From Squalus acanthias (taxonomy: Eukaryota), in NCBI GenBank assembly GCA_030390025.1, contig CM059433.1:29638001-29702000 (forward strand): 64,000 nucleotides of DNA, written 5' to 3'. The notes under the pieces are model-generated. The model saw only the letters and a program-made list of their open reading frames with translations. It was not told the origin of the DNA and did no database searches. The translations under genes were made by a program, and so were the position numbers. How positions within the stretch are numbered: position 1 is the first letter of the stretch; each line of letters opens with the position of its first letter. Below are positions 11,915-23,603 of the stretch, piece after piece.

Positions 11915-13130
11915 CACACTGCTCACTGCCCCCACTCCACTCACTGCCCCCACTCCCCACTCCGCTCGCTGCCCACACTCCGCTCACTGCTCACTGCCCC
12001 CACTCCCCACTCCGCACACTGCTCACTGCCCCCACTCACTGCTCACTGCCCCCACTCCACTCACTGCCCCCACTCCACTCACTGCCCTCACTCCACTCAC
12101 TGCTCACTGCCCCCAATCACTGCCCCCACTCCACTCACTGCCCCCACTCCACTTACTGCCCCCACTCCACTCACTGCCCCCACTCCACTCACTGCCCCCA
12201 CTCCACTCACTGCCCCCACTCCACTTACTGCCCCCACTCCACACACTGCCCCCACTCTGCTCACTGCTCACTGCCCCCACTCCCCACTCCACTCACTGCT
12301 CACTGCGCCCACTCCGCTCACTGCCCCCACTCCACTCCCCACTCCCCACTTCACTCACTGCCCCCACTCCACTCACTGCCCCCACTCCACTCACTGCTCA
12401 CTGCCCCCACTCCACTCACTGCCCCCACTCCACTCACTGCCCCCACTCCACTCATTGCCCCACTCCACTCACTGCCCCCACTCCACTCACTGCCCCACTC
12501 CACTCACTGCCCCCACTCCACTCACTGCCCCCACTCCACTCACTGCCCCCACTCCGCTCACTGCCCTCACTCCACTCACTGCCCCCACTCCGCTCACTGC
12601 CCCACACTCCACTCACTGCCCCACACTCCACTCACTGCCCCCACTCCACTCACTGCCCCACTCCACTCACTGCCCCCACTCCGCTCACTGCCCCCACTCC
12701 ACTCACTGCCCCCACTCCACTCACTGCCCCCACTCCACTCACTGCCCCCACTCCGCTCACTGCCCCCACTCCACTCACTGCCCCCACTCCACTCACTGCC
12801 CCCACTCCCCACTCCACTCACTGCCCCCACTCCACTCACTGCCCCCACTCCACTCACTGCCCCCACTCACTGCCCCCACTCCACTCACTGCCCCCACTCC
12901 ACTCTCTGCCCCCACTCCACTCACTGCCCCACTCCACTCACTGCCCCCACTCCACTCACTGTCCCCACTCCACTCACTGTCCCCACTCCACTCACTACCC
13001 CCACTCTCTGCCCCCACTCCACTCTCTGCCCCCACTCCACTCTCTGCCCCCTCTCCACTCACTACCCCCACTCTCTGTCCCCACTCCACTCACTGTCCCC
13101 CGCTCACTGCCCCCACTCACTGTCTCCGCT
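11915..13130. repeat. Minisatellite, ~18-bp unit (ACTGCCCCCACTCCACTC)n, ~1.2 kb
   Basis: Directly visible tandem array. It produces the spurious HCPHST/LTAPTP ORFs and adjoins the 5' region of the CR1. Confidence 0.95.
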
Positions 13131-14700
13131 CGTTTTAAACAGCCACTCCGCTCTGCTCCTGCTCTTTTTAAACATAGAGATAAAATGTATGAAGGATAAC
13201 TTAGTGGATGCTCAACTTTGCTAAGTTTAAGAGCTGCATATCTGAAGGTTTTTCAGTGCCATTTGCATGTATTTTATCTCTATTTCTTCTCCCCTTGTCC
13301 AGTCTCTTCCCAGCTACATTTGCGACTCTTCCGACGCCCTCCGCCACTTTAACAGTTTCCATTTTCCTGGCCCCAACCATCTCCTTTTCACTATGGACGT
13401 TCAATCCCTCTACACCTCCATCCCCCACCAGGATGGCCTGAGGGCACTCCGCTTCTTCCTTGAACAGAGGCCCAACCAGTCTCCATCCACCACCACCCTC
13501 CTCCGCCTGGCTGAACTTGTTCTCACTTCTCCTTTGACTCCACTCACTTCCTCCAAATTAAAGGTGTTGCTATGGAAACCCGCATGGGCCCTAGCTATGC
13601 CTGCCTTTTTTGGGATATGTGGAACATTCCTTGTTCCAGTCCTACTCAGGTCCCCTCCAGTCCTACTCAGGTCCCCTCCCTCACCTCTTTTTCTGGTACA
13701 TTGATGACTGTATTGGGACCATTTCCTGCTCTCGCCCTGAACTACAAAATTTAATTCACTTTGCTTCCAATTTCCACCCTTCCCTCACCTTCTCATGGTC
13801 CATCTCCGACTCTTCCCTTTCCTTCTTCGACTTCTCTGTCTCCATTTCTGGGGGTAGGCTATCGACAAACATCCACTATAAGCCCACTGACTCCCACAGC
13901 TACCTGGACTACACTTCCTCCCACCCCGCTTCCTGTAAGGACTCTATTCCATTCTCCCAGTTTCTCCATGTCCGCCGCATCTGTTCTGACGATGCCATCT
14001 TCCATACTAGTGCCTCCGATATATCTTCCTTTTTCCTCAACCGAGGATTCCCCTCTACTGTGGTTGACATGGCCCTTGACCGTGTCTGTTCCATTTCCCG
14101 CACTTCTGCTCTCACCCCTTCCCCTCCCTCCCAGAACTATGATAGGGTTCCCCTTGTCCTCACCTTTCACCCCACCAGCATCCACATTCAATGGATCATC
14201 CTCCGTCATTTCCGCCACCTGCAGCATGATCCCACCACCAAACACATCTTCCCCTATTCCCCCTTTCAGCATTCCAAAGGGAACGGTCCCTCTGCGACAC
14301 CCTGATCCACTCCTCTATCACCCCCAACACCCCTTCCCCTTCTCACGGCACCTACCCGTGCAAGCGCAGGAGATGCAACACCTGCCCTTTTACCGCCTCC
14401 CTTTCCACTGTCCAGGGTCCCAAACACTCCTTCCAGGTGAAACAGTGATTTACTTGTACTTCTTGCAATTTAGTATACTGTATTCGCTGCTCATGATGTG
14501 GTCTCCTCTACACTGGGGAGACCAAACGCAGATTGGGTGACCGCTTTGCGGAACACCTCCGTTCAGTCTGTAAGCATGACCCCGAGCTTCCGGTCGCCTG
14601 TCACTTTAATTCTCCGCTCCACTCCCACTCTGATCTCTCTGTCCTCGGCTTCTTACACTTTTCCAATGAAGCTCAACATAAGCTCGAGGAACAGCACCTC

Positions 14701-15592
14701 GGGGTAAAAATTCACTTGGTTGCGCCACCCGTTAGCGCCTTAAGAGGGCGCTAATGGGGCGCAAAGCCGCTAACGCCCGGGCGCAGCGATGTTTGCGCCG
14801 CTCGAGAACTTAACTTGAGATTGTGCGGCGGCGCTAAAACTTACCGCTACGACCACCTGCGCGCGCAGATTGTGACGTCATTCCATGGTGCAACGCCCTT
14901 GGGGCGCCCCGTAGCGGAAATTGAGTGGCGCCCCCTGCCTTACCGCCTGGCGCTTCCAACGACCAGAAGACTTGAACGCTATCAATCGCTGTGGGGCTGG
15001 GGGGGCGCTATTTAAAGGGGGCCTCTTCCTGTCTTTTATTGTTGGTGGCATTTTTGAACTACGCATTCTGAGAGAGAGAGGGAGAGACTTCTGGAGAGAT
15101 TCAACGTTGTGTGAAGGAGTTTTGGGTACTGAGCAGCACTTTGCAGGTTCATTTTGATTTGCCATTCCTTGTATCGATTTAGCAGAGACCGTGGGAGCTG
15201 CACTCTGAGCTCTTTGCCTGGTGCTCTCCATTGTTCTTTCCAGCACATTTGATGTGCAAGTCTCTCCAGGCCGAGATTCAAGGCAGCAATGAACAGGATG
15301 TGGATGGAAAGCAAGATTAACCATCCCCTTTAAGAACTGGCCCGTGCCATTGTGTGTGTGTTCCATTGCTGACTGACATTACATGAGCTTCGCCAGCGCT
15401 CCGAGTTAGCGCCTCACTGCTCGGCCTTTGCGCCTTAAGAGAGGTGTGCAGCGACTGCTTTAGCGCTCCACTCACCTCCCGGGGCGGTAAAAGTGAAGTT
15501 TCCCGTCAGTGCCGATAATTAGCGCCAGGCGCTAACATTTGCGTCCGGACGATATTTGCGCCCCAAATGGGGCGCGACCTAATTTCTACCCC
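14701..15592 (+). mobile_element. Non-autonomous Harbinger family-A derivative (892 bp)
   Basis: Both ends are nearly identical to 3241-3580 and ~7300-7476, with the same TIRs. Both coding regions are deleted. Confidence 0.92.
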
Positions 15593-15745
15593 GAGGTTGA
15601 TTAGGCACTTTACAGCCTTCTGCACTCAAAATCGAGTTCAACAATTTCAGACTTTAACCTCGGCCCCTATGTTTTCTTTCTTTTTTCTCTCACATGGCAG
15701 CTGTTGATGATTCTGCCATTATCATTTACACCTCATCTAGAGTCA

Positions 15746-15911
15746 GACAATAGCAAAATACTGCGGATGCTGGATATCTGAAACAACAACAGAAAATGCT
15801 GGAAACACTCAGCAGGTGAGGCAGCATCGTGGAGAGAGAAACAGAATTAACTTTTCAGGTCGATTACCCTTCGTCAGAATGCCAGTGTTTCCAGCATTTT
15901 CTGTTGTTGTA
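15746..15911 (-). mobile_element. Short P2 Penelope 3'-end insertion with a 5' inversion and hammerhead core
   Basis: 13-bp TSD TCATCTAGAGTCA (15733-15745 / 15912-15924). Minus strand reads TTCTGACGAAGGGTAATCGACCTGAAAAGTTAA. A short inverted segment lies at ~15883-15910. Confidence 0.8.
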
Positions 15912-16104
15912 TCATCTAGAGTCATCTTTTGTTTCTTAACTTGTCCCATTATCATCTCCTTTTGCCTTGCACCATGATCCCTTTTGTCTTTCAATCTCTC
16001 TTGCCTTCTATCCTAGCACAGACCTTCCCTTTTGTTCTTTCCTCCCTCCCCCCTTTCCCTGCCCCACACTTGCTTAAAAATCTGTTACTTCTCCAACTTT
16101 TTCC

Positions 16105-16141
16105 AGTTCTGATGAAGGGTCACAGACCTGAAACGTTAACT
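16105..16141 (+). ncRNA. Minimal type I hammerhead ribozyme in the P2 3' region
   Basis: AGTT-CTGATGA-AGGGTC(aca)GACCT-GAAA-CGTT-AACT. Core boxes, stem II, palindromic ACGT stem III, stem I AGTT/AACT. Confidence 0.8.
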
Positions 16142-16387
16142 CTGTTTCTCTCTCCACGGATGCTGCCTGACTTGCTGAGTGTTTCCAGCATTTTCTGTTG
16201 TTGCATGTATTTTGGTAAGTCTCGCAGTCTTTTTAAAATACACGAGCATATTATTTTCCAATGCTTCTGAGAGTTTTATAAGCCTAGTTGAAGTCACAAT
16301 TTAATAATTCCAATTGTGTTTCCATTTGAACAAGAGAATTAATTCCCCACTTTAGAGCCACTGAAAGGGCTAGTTGTTAGCATCAAA

Positions 16388-17850
16388 GGCTACGATTTTG
16401 CCAGCGCTCAGAGGGTGGGTTTGGAGGCGGGTCAGGAGTTAAAATCAAAATGATTGACAGCGGGTTGTGAACCCGCCGCCATCCCGCCTCCACGCAACTT
16501 TGCAAAGTGTTGGGTCTGCGAGTCCCGATCAGACCCGACACCAAGCGGCGGGAGAGCCACTTAAGGCAGTTAACAGCTTGTTAACTGCGATAATCCTATT
16601 TTAAGAGGCTGTTCCCATTTGACGACATTTTCAGCGTGTTGCACATCATGCGACAAACACGCCAGCTGATTGTGCCGGGTTCAGCAACTAGCTGAATATT
16701 TGACAGCTACACCTGCATCATAAAAGCGGACCTGTAACATAGCTGACTTTCAGATGCCAGAACTTTGTGTTTTGAGATTTTGGAACACATTTTGCAGGTT
16801 TATTGAGCTTGTAATTGTTTAAGCTGAGATCCATATGCACTGTGACCTCCTTGGAAAACCCTCTCCCCACATTGACTGAACGCTTATAACATCTGTTCCT
16901 CAACTGAGATATATACCAGTGGAATGGGAACCATTTATACCCTGTCATCCTGGTCCTCAGAAGCGGAGGAAGAGCAGCCGCGGCAGCAGCAGAACCAGGC
17001 ACAACAGCAGCAACAACAACAGGAGCGCCAACCTTCTCCTCAGCCACCACCACCTGATGCTGCACAGGGCAGAGGGCGTCAGTGCAGGGCTGCACCGCAC
17101 CGCAGGAGATACCCACAACACACGGTTTACAGGCAGAGGATGAGCTTCCTCAACATGAGTGAGCAGCTATGCCAAAGGAGGCTGAGACTTCCGCGAGAGG
17201 TAGTCGCTGACATCTGCACAATGCTGCACCAATGCCTGGAGCCCAGAAGAGCGGGTGGACACTCCCTACCAGTGGCTGTCAAAGTCACCACCGCACTGAA
17301 CTTCTCAACAACTCAACAACTCAACAACTCAACAACTCAAGTGTCAGCTGTGGCTCAGTGGGTAGCACACTCGCCTCTGGGTCAGAAGGTTGTGGGTTCA
17401 AGTCCCACTCCAGCGACTTGAGCACACAAAGCTAGGCTGTACACTCCAGCGCAGTACTGAGGGAGTGCTGCACTGTTGGAGGTGCCGTCTTTCGGATGAG
17501 ACATTAAACCGAGGCCCTGTCCGCCCTCTCGGGTGGATGTAAAAGATCACATGGAACTATTTTGAAGAAGCGCAGGGGAGTTATCCCCGGTGTCCTGGCC
17601 AATATTTATCCCTCAATCAACATAACAAAAATAACCAGATTATCTGGTCATTATCACATCGCTGTTTGAGGGAGCTTGCTGTGCGCGAATTGGCTGCTGC
17701 ATTTCCCACATTACAACAGTGACTACACTTCAAAAATAGTACTTCATTGGCTGTAAAGCGCTTTGAGACGTCCGGTGGTCGCGAAAGGCGCTATATAAAT
17801 GTAAGTTCTTCTTTGCTTCGGGCTCCTTCCAGGGATCAGCAGCAGACATC
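16388..17850 (+). pseudogene. Left part of a family-D Harbinger with a truncated transposase
   Basis: Starts GGCTACGATTTTGCCAG (family-D TIR). ORF from 16924 reads ...RRYPQHTVYRQRMSFLNMSEQLCQRRLRL...LPVAVKVTTALNF, homologous to the family-A transposase. It resumes after the SINE at ~17810 (FASGSFQGSAADI) and is then replaced by a CR1 tail. Confidence 0.8.
17341..17810 (+). mobile_element. tRNA-derived SINE with a Deu-type central domain (SacSINE1/DeuSINE-like), full length
   Basis: A box TGGCTCAGTGG, B box GTTCAAGTC, central GGAGGTGCCGTCTTTCGGATGAGAC...GGTGTCCTGGCCAA, tail ...GGCGCTATATAAATG. Further copies at about 35181-35555(+), 36965-37308(+), 45005-45370(-), 46660-47000(+), 56950-57080(+), 57460-57955(-), 60780-60980(-). 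Confidence 0.8.
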
Positions 17851-19049
17851 AAGTAATTGGGAAGAATAGCATAAATGCATTTAAGGGGAAGCTAGATAAG
17901 CACATGAGGGAGAAAGGAATAGAAGATTATGCTGATAGGATTAGATGAAGAGCGATGGGTGGAGGCTTGTGAGGCGCATAAACACCGACATGGACCAGTT
18001 GGCCTGAATGGCCTGTTTCTGTGCTGTAAATATGCTGAAATGATGACACAACAATCCTCAAAAAAAGGTAAGCAGCCTTTATTGCAGAATTAAATAGTTC
18101 AGCTAGCCATACTTCCAAGTCGTTGATTCACCATCTCAAGGTAAATCCACTTACTGTGTCGCGACAATGTGCCTTAACTGTGATCTCAGAGCAGCACTCA
18201 CATTGCGCCAGTGTGAGCTATAAGGGTCAGTTTTCTGATTGTGTGACCCCCCCGCCCCTTCCCAGCACGGAGCTTCACCAGCTGGGAGCGCGCATCGGGA
18301 AATTACACTGGCAGCCAATGATTGTCCAGTCGCGGAAGATTATAGGCTGTGCATGCGACTTTCCGCTGAGCATTCCCAGTGGGCCAGGCTCCATGTTTGG
18401 ATAACTCAGTTAAAAAATTACCCTTATTTATCCATCACTAAATGCTTTTAATCCCCCCTTGATTAAGGTTACCAAGTTAGTGGCAATTAGTGCTGAAATA
18501 TAGTCAGTCTTGCGCTGGGAGTTCATATCCATGAGGAATTGAGCTAAGACTGCGTAAACTAATCTCACTTCAGACCCTTACAATTACTGTAGAAAGGAGG
18601 CCATCGGTGCAATCGATCTGCTCTGCATTCTAACCCCTTGACCCAGAGGTGAAAGAGCAGTGTGTTAAATCAGTTCCCACAACAGCATGCTTAAATATCT
18701 GTCTTTGACTCAGAAAATCATTCCCGTGTATCTGTTTGATTTAGCAGCTGTCCCACAATGCCTCGGGAGGTCCATCTCGCACTGCTGACTACCTGAAACA
18801 TGTTTTATATGCAAATTACATGTGTGTTTAGCACAGCATCATGTCCATCAATCTAATTACTGAGTGCTGTTCCACCAGAGTGTGACAGTGTTAGGTCACT
18901 GGGGTCATACAGGCCAATCTTTGTAGTTAGAGCAGAAGATTGGAATTGAAGAAAGTCCCTCAGTACCTCTAATGTGCATCTCTCATACATAAATGAAAAC
19001 TTTAAATTATTCCTGAAATGATTGCTTTTCATTTTTTACTGGATTGGTT

Positions 19050-19420
19050 TGAGCTCATCCAAAACTCTGCTGCGCGTAGCCTAACTCACACCAAGTCCTG
19101 CTCACCCATCACCCCTGTGCTCGCTGACCGACATAGGCTCCCGGTCCAGCAATGCCTTGATTTTAAAATTCTCATACTTGTTTTCAAATCCCTTCATGGC
19201 CTCGCCCCTCCCTATCTTTGTAACCTCCTCGAGCCCTACAATCCTCTGAGATCTCTGCGCACCTCCAACTCTGGCCTCTTATGCATTCCCGATTTTCATC
19301 ACCCCACCATTGGCGGCCGTGCCTTCAGCTGCCTGGGCCCTAAGCTCTGGCATTCCCTGCCTAAATCTCTCCGCCTCTCTCTCCTCCTTTAAGATGCTCC
19401 TTAAAGCTTACCTCTTTAAA
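19050..19420 (+). mobile_element. L2-type LINE 3' fragment
   Basis: Translates as IQNSAAR...HRLPVQQCLDFKIL...GGRAFSCLGPKLW, typical of an L2 ORF2 C-terminus. Related fragments at ~35665-36040(+), 37600-37790(-), 43895-44270(+), 59915-60540(-). Confidence 0.75.
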
Positions 19421-19862
19421 CTTAAGCTTTCAACTTTCAGGAAATATTTGCTTTTGATGCTCAGGAGTGCAAGGCAGCATTATGTGACCTGTTTTCCAGA
19501 ATATATCAGCACTTTCTGTTCCTCAAACCATCAAGTAAGTATAGAGGTGGTGAAGTGGCAGTTTTGCAATACTGGAAGAATATAATGTGAAGACCTGAAC
19601 CATTGTATTAAATGCCAGATTCCAATCTTATACCTTAAAGTCATTCCCGAAAGCAATGCTTGTCAAACTTTCTACAGAAACTTAATAAACAAGGGTATTT
19701 AGGTGAAATTAAGTGTACATAAATCTAATAAAAGAAATGAACCAAATGATTTTTTCTTCAGTACACATTTAAGGTTAAGTTGTTCAAATAAGACAGAATC
19801 TATTTGGTTAGAGTTAAGAAGCAGAAGAGGAGCTGTTACACTGCTGGGTGTATACTATATAC

Positions 19863-21388
19863 CGGGGGTTCTCAACCTTTCTGCTCCTGAGGCTCCCCTC
19901 CTGTGTTATAAAAATTCCACTGACCCCTTGTAACACAACAAGTATTTTTTCTGTATAAACATTCTCTCAGCGTTGCTCGCACTCACCATGTTACAGCTGC
20001 TGCTGCTATCCCGGCACTGCAGAAAATACTGGTCCCCGTGCCCATCCTATTCCCTCTTTCCCTTCACATGAGCCCCCATCGTGTTCGCCATCACAGTCAC
20101 AATGGGCTGAAAGGCCTCCTTCTGTGCTGTAAATTTCGATGATTCTATGAATCACCTGACCCTCAGTCCCCCTCTTTTCCCCGCAACCCCCGACTCCCTC
20201 ACCGACTGTTCCCGGCACACCAGCTGGGCCCCGTTCTCTGCTTCATTGTCAGTCAAATACAGTTTTTTCCCCCATTTCTAATAGTTTTATAACTAATAAA
20301 CAAAAGTGTACAATGAAAATAAAAATGACCACCATTTTTTTGAGGCCGGTATGATTTTTCTCCCAAATTGCTGGCGGCAGCGTCCAGATTAATGTTTTAT
20401 TCCTGGTGACTCCAGGACAATCCTGGAAGGTTGAAATCCTAGCTGGAGGCTAACATTGGGTGTGAACAAACAGGTCTGCCTGTGACGCCCTCCTTGGTAG
20501 AGCAAGACTGCTAACACTCAAGGTATAGGCTCGCAGGTCAAGGATGAATGAGGTTAGGCACCAAAGGGCAGCCGGCACCCTTGTAACTATAGTACAGGGT
20601 GAGTCAACACTTTGAAGACAGCAGGAGAGAAAATGGGAAGACAGTGCAGAATATTTAAATGAGTTTACAAACTGTTCCAGTTTTGCTGGTAATAAGTATC
20701 AATCCTAATGGTTTCCTAATGTTGACATATTCCGTTCTTATTCCTCCATGAAGACAGCGACTCACTGTTTGACCCCAGCAGCTCCTTTCCTCCTTGCAGC
20801 TGCCGCCTATTTACTTGCTCCTTCTTCATTTGATTGACAATCGCAACCGTGCGAATGACAAAAATAGGACAAAAAATTCAAATCTGAAACGGAACTGACT
20901 TACGCGCATGCGCGGAGCCGCCATTGGCTGATTTCAGTAGTCGCGAGATACTTGCACTGAATGGGTTACAGTTGCTGCTGGTGACATATGACAGTGAGAG
21001 GATTTCGGGAGCGAGGGGTGAAAGTAGAAGAGCAGCTGCCCCAATTAGCCCGGGGGAGGGGGAACAACAACCCACGCAGCGTGGCGTTAAGACAAGTGTG
21101 GGGAGGGCGGGGCGACAAAATATACAGCAAACTGGCAGCTCCAGCCCTGACTCAGACCTCTGCCCCCCCCTTCCGAACGTCTGTGCAATGACGGCGGCAG
21201 CTGCCACTGAGCCCAGGCCTCCGCTCGTTGAGAAGGCAGAGAGGCGGCGGTCGCTGAACACAGATCCCCCGGCTCGAGCTCTCCATCCTCCGCTCTCCTC
21301 TCGCCAGGTCCCGCTGTATATTTTGTCGCCCCTTGAAAACTTCTCATGGACCCCTAGGGTTCTGTGGATCCCCGGTTGAGAACCCCTG
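19863..21388. mobile_element. Non-autonomous hAT-type DNA transposon inserted in a CR1 endonuclease fragment
   Basis: TIR C(A/G)GGGGTTCTCAACC at both ends. 8-bp TSD CTATATAC / CTATACAC. The CR1 EN sequence (19780-19862) resumes at ~21397. Confidence 0.85.
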
Positions 21389-21703
21389 CTATACACCAAC
21401 AAATAGTGGGAAGGAGATGGAGGAGCAAATCTGCAAACAAATTTCATAAAGACATAAAAACAATAGAGCAGTGATAATAGGAGACTTCAATTATCCTAAT
21501 ATAGACTGGGGGGAAAACAATGTAAAGGGCAAGGAGGGGGAAGGAATTCCTGAGAAGTGTGCAGGAGAACTTTTTTGATCAGTATGTTTCCAGCCCAATG
21601 AGAAAGGAAGCAGTGCGGGATCTAGTTCTGGGGAATGTAATGGGGCAGGTGCAGTACGTTTCAGTGGGGGAGCATTTGGGAAACAGTGATCATAATATTA
21701 TCA

Positions 21704-21864
21704 AAAGTGAGAAGTCGCACAACACCAGGTTATAGTCCAACAGCTTTATTTGATTTCAAATAAGTGATTTCAAATAAAGCTGTTGGACTACAACCTGGTG
21801 TTGTGCGACTTCTCAATTTTGTCCACCCCAGTCCAACACCGACCGGCATCTCCACATCATGGAC
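21704..21864 (+). mobile_element. Short fold-back P1 Penelope insertion
   Basis: 10-bp TSD AATATTATCA (21694-21703 / 21865-21874). An ~50-bp inverted arm precedes a forward arm matching 8025-8075 and 52968-53059. Confidence 0.82.
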
Positions 21865-22366
21865 AATATTATCAGGTTTAGAGTAATTATGGAAAAGGAC
21901 AATGAACAATCAAAGGTGAAGGTACTCAACTGGAAGATGGCTAATTTCAGTAAGTTGGAAAGGGATCTGGCCCAGGTGGATTGGAAACAGTAGGCCCATT
22001 TCCAATGCCATACATTGGACAATGCTGGAGAGCAGGCAACCGTAGTCCAACCTCCAACCAGTATCACCTGGCAGCCCGACTGAAGAGGATCCCAAAGTTG
22101 AGTTCCACTTTATTTTTGTGGGGACAGGAGGACCAGGAATGCTCATCTAGGCGCCACAAAACCAGCCTGAGCTGCAGCCGTTTGGCTCCCCTTCACCCCG
22201 GCCCCTCCATCCCCCCTCCAGGCTTTGATGCCTCCAATCTCCCTCCACGAGCCTACTTTCATGTGGTCCAAAGTCCGGCCAAGGCCAGAGCCGATGGGAT
22301 GCCCCAGGTCGCTCAGTCTCCGTCCGTGGCCTGCCATCCGATGCTAACAAGACGCGGCCCTCAAAA

Positions 22367-23256
22367 TAGGGTTGCCAACTCTGGTTGCACATATTCCTAA
22401 GGGTTGCATCACACAACCTCCCACCGCCCCGCCCAGTCTGTGGCAACAAGAGCAGGTCAGAGGCTGGGTATTCTGCGGCAAGTGTCTCACCTCCTGACTC
22501 CCCAAAGCCTTTCCACCATCTACAAGGCACAAGTAAGGAGTGTGATGGAATACTCTCCACTTGCCTGGATGAGTGCAACTCCAACAAACTCAAGAAGCTC
22601 GACACCATCCAGGACAAAGCAGCCCGCTTGATTGGCACCCCATCCACCACCTCAAACATTCACTCCCTCCACCACCGGCGTACCGTGGCTGCAGTGTGTA
22701 CCATCTACAAGATGCACTGCAGCAACTCGCCAAGGCTTCTTCGACAGCACCTCCCAAACCCGTGACCTCTTCCACCTAGAAGGACAAGGGCAGCAGACGC
22801 ATGGGAACACCACCACCTCCAAGTTCCCCTCCAAGTCACACACCATCCTGACTTAGAAGTATATCGCCGATCCTTCATCGTCGCTGGGTCAAAATCCTGG
22901 AACTCCCTCCCTCACAGCACTGTGGGAGTACCTGCACCACATGGACTGCAGCGGTTCAAGAAGGCGGCTCACCACCACCTTCTCAAGGGCAATTAGGGAT
23001 GGGCAATAAATGCTTGCCTTGCCAGCGACGTCCACATCCCATAAAAACGAATTAAAAAAATTTAAACAGCCTTTTATTCCCCAATCTCCAATATTTTTAT
23101 AACTAATAAACAGAAGTGTTCAAAGTAAATGAAAGAAAACACACACTTTCTTTACTGCCCCTATGATTTTTCCTGGAGTTCCTCGCAGCAGTGTCCTGGA
23201 GATTAATCTCTAAATCCTGGAGACTCCAGGCCAATCCTGGAGGGTTGGTAACCCTA
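22367..23256. mobile_element. hAT (Blackjack/MER94-like TIR) MITE carrying an inserted LINE 3' fragment (~22435-23060)
   Basis: TIRs TAGGGTTGCCAAC / GTTGGTAACCCTA. Perfect 8-bp TSD CCTCAAAA (22359-22366 / 23257-23264). A related fragment lies at ~20280-20441. Confidence 0.85.
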
Positions 23257-23603
23257 CCTCAAAAATGGACTGGCCCTCACCCCGGCACTACGGGTTGGTG
23301 CATTCCACTTGCCGGCTCGGAGGTGCAGGGGAATATCCACCCCAGTGCCTCTTACGGTTCCCTTTGCTTCCTTGCAGGAACACTTCTGTATGTGCCCTAA
23401 ATGAGCCAAGTTAGGATTGATGACTTGATGATGTCAGAACTGAGAGGTTATAACTATCAGTAAAGACTGAACAGACTGGGGCTCTTGTCTTTAGAAAAGT
23501 AAAGACTGAGGGGAGCCTGATAGAGGTCTTTAAGATTACGAAGGGGTTTGATAGGGTTCGATGTAGAGAAGATCTTTCCAGTTGTGGGGGAGACCAAAAC
23601 TAG

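Larger units (their letters stand above)
13270..16203 (+). mobile_element. Penelope-like retroelement (family P2): RT + GIY-YIG, decayed, 5'-truncated, interrupted by a Harbinger MITE
   Basis: RT motifs FTMDVQSLYTSIPH, MGPSYACLF, YIDDCIG and KPTDSHSYL. GIY-YIG region VYCIRC...YTGETKRRLGDRFAEH. Frameshifts and stops. 3' region carries a hammerhead. Confidence 0.9.

Noticed and set aside
11827..13224. 465-aa His/Pro/Cys-rich ORF
   Set aside because: Artefact of the 18-bp minisatellite.
17341..17415. tRNA gene
   Set aside because: The A/B boxes are the head of a SINE that continues into a repeated body and tail.
18224..18423. Small decayed palindromic MITE-like segments (also ~46356-46502, ~53072-53190, ~21990-23343)
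   Set aside because: TIR-like ends are visible but too degenerate, with mismatched TSDs, to define boundaries or family.
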